Assembly (NCBI GenBank): GCA_964016885.1
Contig: OZ024759.1
Coordinates: forward strand, 5,890,001-5,954,000
Direction of reading: 5' to 3'
DNA: 64,000 nucleotides
Source of the DNA: Eledone cirrhosa
Taxonomy: Eukaryota
Every line of letters begins with the position of its first letter. Position 1 is the first letter of the stretch. The position numbers were made by a program, and so were the translations under genes. The notes below the pieces were generated by a model. The model was not told where the DNA came from. It searched no databases and saw only the letters and a list, made by a program, of their open reading frames with translations. This document shows, one piece after another, positions 39,101-52,849 of this stretch.

Positions 39101-42100
39101 GTTGGTGAGAATTCATTTAAGTTCATGGTACTAGCTGTCAGAAGTAACTCCACTGTTGGTGAGAATTCATTTAAGTTCATGGTATTAGCTGTCAGAAGTA
39201 ACTCCACTGTTGGTGAGAATTCATTTAAGTCATGGTATTAGCTGTCAGAAGTAACTCCATTGTTGGTGAGAATTCATTTAAGTCATGGTACTAGCTGTCA
39301 GAAGTAACTCCACTGTTGGTGAGAATTCATTTAAGTTCATTTTATTAGCTGTCAGAAGGAACTCCACTGTTGGTGAGAATTCATTTAAGTTCATGGTACT
39401 AGCTGTCAGAAGTAACTCCACTGTTGGTGAGAATTCATTTAAGTTTATGGTATTAGTTTGTCAGAAGTAACTCCACTGTTGGTGAGAATTCATTTAAGTC
39501 ATGGTATTAGTTGTCAGAAGTAACTCAAATGTTGGTGAGAATTCATTTAAGTCATGGTACTAGCTGTCAGAAGTAACTCCAATGTTGGTGAGAATTCATT
39601 TAAGTTCATGGTATTAGCTGTCAGAAGGAATTCCACTGTTGGTGAGAATTCATTTAAGTTCATGGTATTAGCTGTCAGAAGTAACTCCACTGTTGGTGAG
39701 AATTCATTTAAGTTCATGGTACTAGCTGTCAGAAGTAACTCCAATGTTGGTGAGAATACATTTAAGTTCATGGTTTAGCTGTCAGAAGTAACTCCACTGT
39801 TGGTGAGAATTCATTTAAGTCATGGTATTAGCTGTCAGAAGTAACTCCAATGTTGGTGAGAATTCATTTAAGTTCGTGGTATTAGCTGTCAGAAGTAACT
39901 CCACTGTTGGTGAGAATTTATTTAAGTTCATGGTATTAGTTTGTCAGAAGTAACTCCACTGTTGGTGAGAATTCATTTAAGTCATGGTATTAGCTGTCAG
40001 AAGTAACTCCACTGTTGGTGAGAATTCATTTAAGTCATGGTATTAGCTGTCAGAAGTAACTCCACTGTTGGTGAGAATTCATTTAAGTTCATGGTACTAG
40101 CTGTCAGAAGTAACTCCACTGTTGGTGAGAATTCATTTAAGTTCATGGTATTAGCTGTCAGAAGTAACTCCACTGTTGGTGAGAATTCATTTAAGTCATG
40201 GTATTAGCTGTCAGAAGTAACTCCATTGTTGGTGAGAATTCATTTAAGTCATGGTACTAGCTGTCAGAAGTAACTCCACTGTTGGTGAGAATTCATTTAA
40301 GTTCATGGTATTAGCTGTCAGAAGGAACTCCACTGTTGGTGAGAATTCATTTAAGTTCATGGTACTAGCTGTCAGAAGTAACTCCACTGTTGGTGAGAAT
40401 TCATTTAAGTTCATGGTATTAGCTGTCAGAAGTAACTCCACTGTTGGTGAGAATTCATTTAAGTTCATGGTACTAGCTGTCAGAAGTAACTCCAATGTTG
40501 GTGAGAATTCATTTAAGTTCATGGTATTAGCTGTCAGAAGTAACTCCACTGTTGGTGAGAATTCATTTAAGTCATGGTATTAGCTGTCAGAAGTAACTCC
40601 AATGTTGGTGAGAATTCATTTAAGTTCATGGTATTAGCTGTCAGAAGTAACTCCACTGTTGGTGAGAATTCACTTAAGTTCATGGTATTAGCTGTCAGAA
40701 GTAACTCCACTGTTGGTGAGAATTCATTTAAGTTCATGGTATTAGCTGTCAGAAGTAACTCCACTGTTGGTGAGAATTCATTTAAGATCATGGTATTAGC
40801 TGTCAGAAGTAACTCCACAGTTGGTGAGAATTCATTTAAGTTCATGGTACTACCTGTCAGAAGTAACTCCACTGTTGGTGAGAATTCATTTAAGTTCATG
40901 GTATTAGTTTGTCAGAAGTAACTCCACTGTTGGTGAGAATTCATTTAAGTCATGGTATTAGTTGTCAGAAGTAACTCCAATGTTGGTGAGAATTCATTTA
41001 AGTTCATGGTACTAGCTGTCAGAAGTAACTCCACTGTTGGTGAGAATTCATTTAAGTTCATGGTATTAGCTGTCAGAAGTAACTCCACTGTTGGTGAGAA
41101 TTCATTTAAGTCATGGTATTAGCTGTCAGAAGTAACTCCATTGTTGGTGAGAATTCATTTAAGTCATGGTACTAGCTGTCAGAAGTAACTCCACTGTTGG
41201 TGAGAATTCATTTAAGTTCATGGTATTAGCTGTCAGAAGGAACTCCACTGTTGGTGAGAATTCATTTAAGTTCATGGTACTAGCTGTCAGAAGTGACTCC
41301 AATGTTGGTGAGAATTCATTTAAGTTCATGGTATTAGCTGTCAGAAGTAACTCCACTGTTGGTGAGAATTCATTTAAGTCATGGTATTAGCTGTCAGAAG
41401 TAACTCCAATGTTGGTGAGAATTCATTTTAGTTCATGGTATTAGCTGTCAGAAGTAACTCCACTGTTGGTGAGAATTCATTTAAGTTCATGGTATTAGCT
41501 GTCAGAAGTAACTCCACTGTTGGTGAGAATTCATTTAAGTTCATGGTATTAGCTGTCAGAAGTAACTCCACTGTTGGTGAGAATTCATTTAAGTTCATGG
41601 TACTAGCTGTCAGAAGTAACTCCACTGTTGGTGAGAATTCATTTAAGTTCATGGTACTAGCTGTCAGAAGTAACTCCAATGTTGGTGAGAATTCATTTAA
41701 GTTCATGGTATTAGCTGTCAGAAGTAACTCCACTGTTGGTGAGAATTCATTTAAGTCATGGTATTAGCTGTCAGAAGTAACTCCAATGTTGGTGAGAATT
41801 CATTTAAGTTCATGGTATTAGCTGTCAGAAGTAACTCCACTGTTGGTGAGAATTCATTTAAGTGCATGGTATTAGCTGTCAGAAGTAACTCCACTGTTGG
41901 TGAGAATTCATTTAAGTTCATGGTATTAGCTGTCAGAAGTAACTCCACAGTTGGTGAGAATTCATTTAAGTTCATGGTACTACCTGTCAGAAGTAACTCC
42001 ACTGTTGGTGAGAATTCATTTAAGTTCATGGTATTAGTTTGTCAGAAGTAACTCCACTGTTGGTGAGAATTCATTTAAGTCATGGTACTAGCTGTCAGAA

Positions 42101-43950
42101 GTAACTCCACTGTTGGTGAGAATTCATTTAAGTCATGGTATTAGCTGTCAGAAGTAACTTCAATGTTGGTGAGAATTCATTTAAGTTCATGGTATTAGCT
42201 GTCAGAAGTAACTCCACTGTTGGTGAGAATTCATTTAAGTTCATGGTATTAGCTGTCAGAAGTAACTCCACTGTTGGTGAGAATTCATTTAAGTTCATGG
42301 TATTAGCTGTCAGAAGTAACTCCACTGTTGGTGAGAATTCATTTAAGTTCATGGTACTAGCTGTCAGAAGTAACTCCACTGTTGGTGAGAATTCATTTAA
42401 GTTCATGGTATTAGTTTGTCAGAAGTAACTCCACTGTTGGTGAGAATTCATTTAAGTCATGGTATTAGTTGTCAGAAGTAACTCCAATGTTGGTGAGAAT
42501 TCATTTAAGTTCATGGTACTAGCTGTCAGAAGTAACTCCACTGTTGGTGAGAATTCATTTAAGTTCATGGTATTAGCTGTCAGAAGTAACTCCACTGTTG
42601 GTGAGAATTCATTTAAGTCATGGTATTAGCTGTCAGAAGTAACTCCATTGTTGGTGAGAATTCATTTAAGTCATGGTACTAGCTGTCAGAAGTAACTCCA
42701 CTGTTGGTGAGAATTCATTTAAGTTCATTTTATTAGCTGTCAGAAGGAACTCCACTGTTGGTGAGAATTCATTTAAGTTCATGGTACTAGCTGTCAGAAG
42801 TAACTCCACTGTTGGTGAGAATTCATTTAAGTTTATGGTATTAGTTTGTCAGAAGTAACTCCACTGTTGGTGAGAATTCATTTAAGTCATGGTATTAGTT
42901 GTCAGAAGTAACTCCAATGTTGGTGAGATTTCATTTAAGTCATGGTACTAGCTGTCAGAAGTAACTCCAATGTTGGTGAGAATTCATTTAAGTTCATGGT
43001 ATTAGCTGTCAGAAGGAATTCCACTGTTGGTGAGAATTCATTTAAGTTCATGGTATTAGCTGTCAGAAGTAACTCCACTGTTGGTGAGAATTCATTTAAG
43101 TTCATGGTACTAGCTGTCAGAAGTAACTCCAATGTTGGTGAGAATACATTTAAGTTCATGGTTTAGCTGTCAGAAGTAACTCCACTGTTGGTGAGAATTC
43201 ATTTAAGTCATGGTATTAGCTGTCAGAAGTAACTCCAATGTTGGTGAGAATTCATTTAAGTTCGTGGTATTAGCTGTCAGAAGTAACTCCACTGTTGGTG
43301 AGAATTTATTTAAGTTCATGGTATTAGTTTGTCAGAAGTAACTCCACTGTTGGTGAGAATTCATTTAAGTCATGGTATTAGCTGTCAGAAGTAACTCCAC
43401 TGTTGGTGAGAATTCATTTAAGTCATGGTATTAGCTGTCAGAAGTAACTCCACTGTTGGTGAGAATTCATTTAAGTTCATGGTACTAGCTGTCAGAAGTA
43501 ACTCCACTGTTGGTGAGAATTCATTTAAGTTCATGGTATTAGCTGTCAGAAGTAACTCCACTGTTGGTGAGAATTCATTTAAGTCATGGTATTAGCTGTC
43601 AGAAGTAACTCCATTGTTGGTGAGAATTCATTTAAGTCATGGTACTAGCTGTCAGAAGTAACTCCACTGTTGGTGAGAATTCATTTAAGTTCATGGTATT
43701 AGCTGTCAGAAGGAACTCCACTGTTGGTGAGAATTCATTTAAGTTCATGGTACTAGCTGTCAGAAGTAACTCCACTGTTGGTGAGAATTCATTTAAGTTC
43801 ATGGTATTAGCTGTCAGAAGTAACTCCACTGTTGGTGAGAATTCATTTAAGTTCATGGTACTAGCTGTCAGAAGTAACTCCAATGTTGGTGAGAATTCAT
43901 TTAAGTTCATGGTATTAGCTGTCAGAAGTAACTCCACTGTTGGTGAGAAT
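33150..43950. repeat. Domain-2 higher-order repeat, about 3 copies with periods 3711 / 3874 / 3388 bp (69, 72 and 63 monomers)
   Basis: Offsets: 33574/37285 (3711), 34866/38740 and 37285/41159 (3874), 38740/42128 and 39547/42935 (3388). Private markers: AGTGACT, ATTTTAGTTC, AAGTGCATGG, AACTTCAAT, AATACATT, TGGTTTAGCT, TTCGTGGT. Confidence 0.92.
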
Positions 43951-44607
43951 TCATTTAAGTTCATGGTACTAGCTGTCAGAAGTAACTCCACTGTTGGTGA
44001 GAATTCACTTAAGTTCATGGTATTAGCTGTCAGAAGTAACTCCACTGTTGGTGAGAATTCATTCAAGTTCATGGTACTAGCTGTCAGAAGTAACTCCACT
44101 GTTGGTGAGAATTCATTTAAGTTCATGGTATTAGCTGTCAGAAGTAACTCCAATGTTGGTGAGAATTCATTTAAGTTCATGGTATTAGCTGTCAGAAGTA
44201 ACTCCACTGTTGGTGAGAATTCATTTAAGTTCATGGTATTAGCCGTCAGAAGTAACTCCACTGTTGGTGAGAATTCATTTAAGTTCATGGTACTAGCTGT
44301 CAGAAGTAACTCCACTGTTGGTGAGAATTCATTTAAGTTCATGGTATTAGTTTGTCAGAAGTAACTCCACTGTTGGTGAGAATTCATTTAAGTCATGGTA
44401 TTAGTTGTCAGAAGTAACTCCAATGTTGGTGAGAATTCATTTAAGTTCATGGTACTAGCTGTCAGAAGTAACTCCACTGTTGGTGAGAATTCATTTAAGT
44501 TCATGGTATTAGCTGTCAGAAGTAACTCCACTGTTGGTGAGAATTCATTTAAGTCATGGTATTAGCTGTCAGAAGTAACTCCATTGTTGGTGAGAATTCA
44601 TTTAAGT

Positions 44608-47600
44608 CATGGTACTAGCTGTCAGAAGTAACTCCACTGTTGGTGAGAATTCATTTAAGTTCATGGTATTAGCTGTCAGAAGGAACTCCACTGTTGGTGA
44701 GAATTCATTTAAGTTCATGGTACTAGCTGTCAGAAGTAACTCCACTGTTGGTGAGAATTCATTTAAGTTCATGGTATTAGTTTGTCAGAAGTAACTCCAC
44801 TGTTGGTGAGAATTCATTTAAGTCATGGTATTAGTTGTCAGAAGTAACTCCAATGTTGGTGAGAATTCATTTAAGTCATGGTACTAGCTGTCAGAAGTAA
44901 CTCCAATGTTGGTGAGAATTCATTTAAGTTCATGGTATTAGCTGTCAGAAGGAACTCCACTGTTGGTGAGAATTCATTTAAGTTCATGGTATTAGCTGTC
45001 AGAAGTAACTCCACTGTTGGTGAGAATTCATTTAAGTTCATGGTACTAGCTGTCGGAAGTAACTCCAATGTTGGTGAGAATTCATTTAAGTTCATGGTAT
45101 TAGCTGTCAGAAGTAACTCCACTGTTGGTGAGAATTCATTTAAGTCATGGTATTAGCTGTCAGAAGTAACTCCAATGTTGGTGAGAATTCATTTAAGTTC
45201 ATGGTATTAGCTGTCAGAAGTAACTCCACTGTTGGTGAGAATTCATTTACGTTCATGGTATTAGTTTGTCAGAAGTAACTCCACTGTTGGTGAGAATTCA
45301 TTTATTCATGGTATTAGCTGTCAGAAGTAACTCCACTGTTGGTGAGAATTCATTTAAGTCATGGTATTAGCTGTCAGAAGTAACTCCACTGTTGGTGAGA
45401 ATTCATTTAAGTTCATGGTACTAGCTGTCAGAAGTAACTCCACTGTTGGTGAGAATTCATTTAAGTTCATGGTATTAGCTGTCAGAAGTCACTCCAATGT
45501 TGGTGAGAATTCATTTAAGTTCATGGTATTAGCTGTCAGAAGTCACTCCACTGTTGGTGAGAATTCATTTAAGTTCATGGTACTAGCTGTCAGAAGTAAC
45601 CCCAATGTTGGTGAGAATTCATTTAAGTTCATGGTATTAGCTGTCAGAAGTCACTCAAATGTTGGTGAGAATTCATTTAAGTTCATGGTATTAGCTGTCA
45701 GAAGAAACTCCACTGTTGGTGAGAATTCATTTAAGTTCATGGTATTAGCTGTCAGAAGGAACTCCAATGTTGGTGAGAATTCATTTAAGTCATGGTACTA
45801 GCTGTCAGAAGTAACTCCACTGTTGGTGAGAATTCATTTAAGTTCATTTTATTAGCTGTCAGAAGGAACTCCATTGTTGGTGAGAATTCATTTAAGTCAT
45901 GGTACTAGCTGTCAGAAGTAACTCCACTGTTGGTGAGAATTCATTTAAGTTCATGGTATTAGCTGTCAGAAGGAACTCCACTGTTGGTGAGAATTCAGTT
46001 AAGTTCATGGTACTAGCTGTCAGAAGTAACTCCACTGTTGGTGAGAATTCAGTTAAGTTCATGGTATTAGTTTGTCAGAAGTAACTCCACTGTTGGTGAG
46101 AATTCATTTAAGTCATGGTATTAGTTGTCAGAAGTAACTCCACTGTTGGTGAGAATTCAGTTAAGTTCATGGTACTAGCTGTCAGAAGTAACTCCACTGT
46201 TGGTGAGAATTCAGTTAAGTTCATGGTATTAGTTTGTCAGAAGTAACTCCACTGTTGGTGAGAATTCATTTAAGTCATGGTATTAGTTGTCAGAAGTAAC
46301 TCCAATGTTGGTGAGAATTCATTTAAGTCATGGTACTAGCTGTCAGAAGTAACTCCAATGTTGGTGAGAATTCATTTAAGTTCATGGTATTAGCTGTCAG
46401 AAGTAACTCCAATGTTGGTGAGAATTCATTTAAGTTCATGGTATTAGCTGTCAGAAGTCACTCAAATGTTGGTGAGAATTCATTTAAGTTCATGGTATTA
46501 GCTGTCAGAAGTAACTCCACTGTTGGTGAGAATTCATTTAAGTCATGGTATTAGTTGTCAGAAGTAACTCCAATGTGAGAATTCATTTAATTTCATGGTA
46601 TTAGCTGTCAGAAGTCACTCCAATGTTGGTGAGAATTCATTTAAGTTCATGGTATTAGCTGTCAGAAGTAACTCCACTGTTGGTGAGAATTCACTTAAGT
46701 TCATGGTATTAGCTGTCAGAAGTAACTCCACTGTTGGTGAGAATTCATTTAAGTTCATGGTACTAGCTGTCAGAAGTAACTCCACTGTTGGTGAGAATTC
46801 ATTTAAGTTCATGGTATTAGTTTGTCAGAAGTAACTCCACTGTTGGTGAGAATTCATTTAAGTCATGGTATTAGTTGTCAGAAGTAACTCCAATGTTGGT
46901 GAGAATTCATTTAAGTTCATGGTACTAGCTGTCAGAAGTAACTCCAATGTTGGTGAGAATTCATTTAAGTTCATGGTATTAGCTGTCAGAAGTAACTCCA
47001 CTGTTGGTGAGAATTCATTTAAGTCATGGTATTAGCTGTCAGAAGTAACTCCAATGTTGGTGAGAATTCATTTAAGTTCATGGTATTAGCTGTCAGAAGT
47101 AACTCCACTGTTGGTGAGAATTCATTTAAGTTCATGGTATTAGCTGTCAGATGTAACTCCACTGTTGGTGAGAATTCATTTAAGTTCATGGTACTAGCTG
47201 TCAGAAGTAACTCCACTGTTCGTGAGAATTCATTTAAGTCATGGTATTAGTTGTCAAAGGTAACTCCAATGTTGGTGAGAATTCATTTAAGTTCATGGTA
47301 CTAGCTGTCAGAAGTAACTCCACTGTTGGTGAGAATTCATTTAAGTTCATGGTATTAGCTGTCAGAAGGAACTCCACTGTTGGTGAGAATTCATTTAAGT
47401 TCATGGTACTAGCTGTCAGAAGTAACTCCACTGTTGGTGAGAATTCATTTAAGTTCATGGTATTAGTTTGTCAGAAGTAACTCCACTGTTGGTGAGAATT
47501 CATTTAAGTCATGGTATTAGTTGTCAGAAGTAACTCCAATGTTGGTGAGAATTCATTTAAGTCATGGTACTAGCTGTCAGAAGTAACTCCAATGTTGGTG

Positions 47601-50420
47601 AGAATTCATTTAAGTTCATGGTATTAGCTGTCAGAAGGAACTCCACTGTTGGTGAGAATTCATTTAAGTTCATGGTATTAGCTGTCAGAAGTAACTCCAC
47701 TGTTGGTGAGAATTCATTTAAGTTCATGGTACTAGCTGTCGGAAGTAACTCCAATGTTGGTGAGAATTCATTTAAGTTCATGGTATTAGCTGTCAGAAGT
47801 AACTCCACTGTTGGTGAGAATTCATTTAAGTCATGGTATTAGCTGTCAGAAGTAACTCCAATGTTGGTGAGAATTCATTTAAGTTCATGGTATTAGCTGT
47901 CAGAAGTAACTCCACTGTTGGTGAGAATTCATTTACGTTCATGGTATTAGTTTGTCAGAAGTAACTCCACTGTTGGTGAGAATTCATTTATTCATGGTAT
48001 TAGCTGTCAGAAGTAACTCCACTGTTGGTGAGAATTCATTTAAGTCATGGTATTAGCTGTCAGAAGTAACTCCACTGTTGGTGAGAATTCATTTAAGTTC
48101 ATGGTACTAGCTGTCAGAAGTAACTCCACTGTTGGTGAGAATTCATTTAAGTTCATGGTATTAGCTGTCAGAAGTCACTCCAATGTTGGTGAGAATTCAT
48201 TTAAGTTCATGGTATTAGCTGTCAGAAGTCACTCCACTGTTGGTGAGAATTCATTTAAGTTCATGGTACTAGCTGTCAGAAGTAACCCCAATGTTGGTGA
48301 GAATTCATTTAAGTTCATGGTATTAGCTGTCAGAAGTCACTCAAATGTTGGTGAGAATTCATTTAAGTTCATGGTATTAGCTGTCAGAAGAAACTCCACT
48401 GTTGGTGAGAATTCATTTAAGTTCATGGTATTAGCTGTCAGAAGGAACTCCAATGTTGGTGAGAATTCATTTAAGTCATGGTACTAGCTGTCAGAAGTAA
48501 CTCCACTGTTGGTGAGAATTCATTTAAGTTCATTTTATTAGCTGTCAGAAGGAACTCCATTGTTGGTGAGAATTCATTTAAGTCATGGTACTAGCTGTCA
48601 GAAGTAACTCCACTGTTGGTGAGAATTCATTTAAGTTCATGGTATTAGCTGTCAGAAGGAACTCCACTGTTGGTGAGAATTCAGTTAAGTTCATGGTACT
48701 AGCTGTCAGAAGTAACTCCACTGTTGGTGAGAATTCAGTTAAGTTCATGGTATTAGTTTGTCAGAAGTAACTCCACTGTTGGTGAGAATTCATTTAAGTC
48801 ATGGTATTAGTTGTCAGAAGTAACTCCACTGTTGGTGAGAATTCAGTTAAGTTCATGGTACTAGCTGTCAGAAGTAACTCCACTGTTGGTGAGAATTCAG
48901 TTAAGTTCATGGTATTAGTTTGTCAGAAGTAACTCCACTGTTGGTGAGAATTCATTTAAGTCATGGTATTAGTTGTCAGAAGTAACTCCAATGTTGGTGA
49001 GAATTCATTTAAGTCATGGTACTAGCTGTCAGAAGTAACTCCAATGTTGGTGAGAATTCATTTAAGTTCATGGTATTAGCTGTCAGAAGTAACTCCAATG
49101 TTGGTGAGAATTCATTTAAGTTCATGGTATTAGCTGTCAGAAGTCACTCAAATGTTGGTGAGAATTCATTTAAGTTCATGGTATTAGCTGTCAGAAGTAA
49201 CTCCACTGTTGGTGAGAATTCATTTAAGTCATGGTATTAGTTGTCAGAAGTAACTCCAATGTGAGAATTCATTTAAGTTCATGGTATTAGCTGTCAGAAG
49301 TCACTCCAATGTTGGTGAGAATTCATTTAAGTTCATGGTATTAGCTGTCAGAAGTAACTCCACTGTTGGTGAGAATTCACTTAAGTTCATGGTATTAGCT
49401 GTCAGAAGTAACTCCACTGTTGGTGAGAATTCATTTAAGTTCATGGTACTAGCTGTCAGAAGTAACTCCACTGTTGGTGAGAATTCATTTAAGTTCATGG
49501 TATTAGTTTGTCAGAAGTAACTCCACTGTTGGTGAGAATTCATTTAAGTCATGGTATTAGTTGTCAGAAGTAACTCCAATGTTGGTGAGAATTCATTTAA
49601 GTTCATGGTACTAGCTGTCAGAAGTAACTCCAATGTTGGTGAGAATTCATTTAAGTTCATGGTATTAGCTGTCAGAAGTAACTCCACTGTTGGTGAGAAT
49701 TCATTTAAGTCATGGTATTAGCTGTCAGAAGTAACTCCAATGTTGGTGAGAATTCATTTAAGTTCATGGTATTAGCTGTCAGAAGTAACTCCACTGTTGG
49801 TGAGAATTCATTTAAGTTCATGGTATTAGCTGTCAGATGTAACTCCACTGTTGGTGAGAATTCATTTAAGTTCATGGTACTAGCTGTCAGAAGTAACTCC
49901 ACTGTTCGTGAGAATTCATTTAAGTCATGGTATTAGTTGTCAAAGGTAACTCCAATGTTGGTGAGAATTCATTTAAGTTCATGGTACTAGCTGTCAGAAG
50001 TAACTCCACTGTTGGTGAGAATTCATTTAAGTTCATGGTATTAGCTGTCAGAAGGAACTCCACTGTTGGTGAGAATTCATTTAAGTTCATGGTACTAGCT
50101 GTCAGAAGTAACTCCACTGTTGGTGAGAATTCATTTAAGTTCATGGTATTAGTTTGTCAGAAGTAACTCCACTGTTGGTGAGAATTCATTTAAGTCATGG
50201 TATTAGTTGTCAGAAGTAACTCCAATGTTGGTGAGAATTCATTTAAGTCATGGTACTAGCTGTCAGAAGTAACTCCAATGTTGGTGAGAATTCATTTAAG
50301 TTCATGGTATTAGCTGTCAGAAGGAACTCCACTGTTGGTGAGAATTCATTTAAGTTCATGGTATTAGCTGTCAGAAGTAACTCCACTGTTGGTGAGAATT
50401 CATTTAAGTTCATGGTACTA
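44608..50420. repeat. 2686-bp (50-monomer) tandem duplication, domain 3
   Basis: ORF pairs 44871/47557, 45361/48047, 46330/49016 and 47234/49920 are offset by 2686. Markers: TCGGAAG, TTTATTCAT, GTCACT, AACCCC, CAGTT, CAGATGT, CAAAGGT. Confidence 0.92.
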
Positions 50421-51079
50421 GCTGTCAGAAGTAACTCCACTGTTGGTGAGAATTCATTTAAGTTCATGGTATTAGCTGTCAGAAGGAACTCCACTGTTGG
50501 TGAGAATTCATTTAAGTTCATGGTACTAGCTGTCAGAAGTAACTCCACTGTTGGTGAGAATTCATTTAAGTTCATGGTATTAGTTTGTCAGAAGTAACTC
50601 CACTGTTGGTGAGAATTCATTTAAGTCATGGTATTAGTTGTCAGAAGTAACTCCAATGTGAGAATTCATTTAAGTTCATGGTACTAGCTGTCAGAAGTAA
50701 CTCCACTGTTGGTGAGAATTCATTTAAGTTCATGGTATTAGCTGTCAGAAGTAACTCCACTGTTGGTGAGAATTCATTTAAGTCATGGTATTAGCTGTCA
50801 GAATTAACTCCATTGTTGGTGAGAATTCATTTAAGTCATGGTACTAGCTGTCAGAAGTAACTCCACTGTTGGTGAGAATTCATTTAAGTTCATGGTATTA
50901 GCTGTCAGAAGGAACTCCACTGTTGGTGAGAATTCATTTAAGTTCATGGTACTAGCTGTCAGAAGTAACTCCACTGTTGGTGAGAATTCATTTAAGTTCA
51001 TGGTATTAGTTTGTCAGAAGTAACACCACTGTTGGTGAGAATTCATTTAAGTCATGGTATTAGTTGTCAGAAGTAACTC

Positions 51080-52820
51080 CAATGTTGGTGAGAATTCATT
51101 TAAGTTCATGTTATTAGCTGTCAGAAGTAACTCCACTGTTGGTGAGAATTCATTTAAGTTCATGGTATTAGCTGTCAGAAGTAACTCCACTGTTGGTGAG
51201 AATTCATTTAAGTTCATGGTATTAGTTTGTCAGAAGTAACTCCACTGTTGGTGAGAATTCATTTAAGTCATGGTATTAGCTGTCAGAAGTAACTCCACTG
51301 TTGGTGAGAATTCATTTAAGTTCATGGTACTAGCTGTCAGAAGTAACTCCACTGTTCGTGAGAATTCATTTAAGTCATGGTATTAGTTGTCAAAAGTAAC
51401 TCCAATGTTGGTGAGAATTCATTTAAGTTCATGGTACTAGCTGTCAGAAGTAACTCCACTGTTGGTGAGAATTCATTTAAGTTCATGGTATTAGCTGTCA
51501 GAAGTAACTCCACTGTTGGTGAGAATTCATTTAAGTCATGGTATTAGCTGTCAGAAGTAACTCCAATGTTGGTGAGAATTCATTTAAGTCATGGTACTAG
51601 CTGTCAGAAGTAACTCCAATGTTGGTGAGAATTCATTTAAGTTCATGGTATTAGCTGTCAGAAGGAACTCCACTGTTGGTGAGAATTCATTTAAGTTCAT
51701 GGTATTAGCTGTCAGAAGTAACTCCACTGTTGGTGAGAATTCATTTAAGTCATGGTATTAGCTGTCAGAAGTAACTCCAATGTTGGTGAGAATTCATTTA
51801 AGTTCATGGTACTAGCTGTCAGAAGTAACTCCACTGTTGGTGAGAATTCATTTAAGTTCATGGTATTAGTTGTCAGAAGTAACTCCACTGTTGGTGAGAA
51901 TTCATTTAAGTCATGGTATTAGTTGTCAGAAGTAACTCCAATGTTGGTGAGAATTCATTTAAGTTCATGGTATTAGCTGTCAGAAGTAACTCCACTGTTC
52001 GTGAGAATTCATTTAAGTTCATGGTATTAGCTGTCAGAAGTAACTCCACTGTTGGTGAGAATTCATTTAAGTTCATGGTACTAGCTGTCAGAAGTAACTC
52101 CACTGTTCGTGAGAATTCATTTAAGGCATGGTATTAGTTGTCAGAAGTAACTCCAATGTTGGTGAGAATTCATTTAAGTTCATGGTACTAGCTGTCAGAA
52201 GTAACTCCACTGTTGGTGAGAATTCATTTAAGTTCATGTTATTAGCTGTCAGAAGTAACTCCACTGTTGGTGAGAATTCATTTAAGTTCATGGTATTAGC
52301 TGTCAGAAGTAACTCCACTGTTGGTGAGAATTCATTTAAGTTCATGGTATTAGTTTGTCAGAAGTAACTCCACTGTTGGTGAGAATTCATTTAAGTCATG
52401 GTATTAGCTGTCAGAAGTAACTCCACTGTTGGTGAGAATTCATTTAAGTTCATGGTACTAGCTGTCAGAAGTAACTCCACTGTTCGTGAGAATTCATTTA
52501 AGTCATGGTATTAGTTGTCAAAAGTAACTCCAATGTTGGTGAGAATTCATTTAAGTTCATGGTACTAGCTGTCAGAAGTAACTCCACTGTTGGTGAGAAT
52601 TCATTTAAGTTCATGGTATTAGCTGTCAGAAGTAACTCCACTGTTGGTGAGAATTCATTTAAGTCATGGTATTAGCTGTCAGAAGTAACTCCAATGTTGG
52701 TGAGAATTCATTTAAGTCATGGTACTAGCTGTCAGAAGTAACTCCAATGTTGGTGAGAATTCATTTAAGTTCATGGTATTAGCTGTCAGAAGGAACTCCA
52801 CTGTTGGTGAGAATTCAGTT
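51080..52820. repeat. Block repeated at an 1128-bp (21-monomer) offset
   Basis: TTCATGTTATT at 51105/52233 and CAAAAG at 51391/52519, with GTTCGTG between them in both copies. Confidence 0.8.
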
Positions 52821-52849
52821 AAGTTCATGGTACTAGCTGTCAGAAGTAA

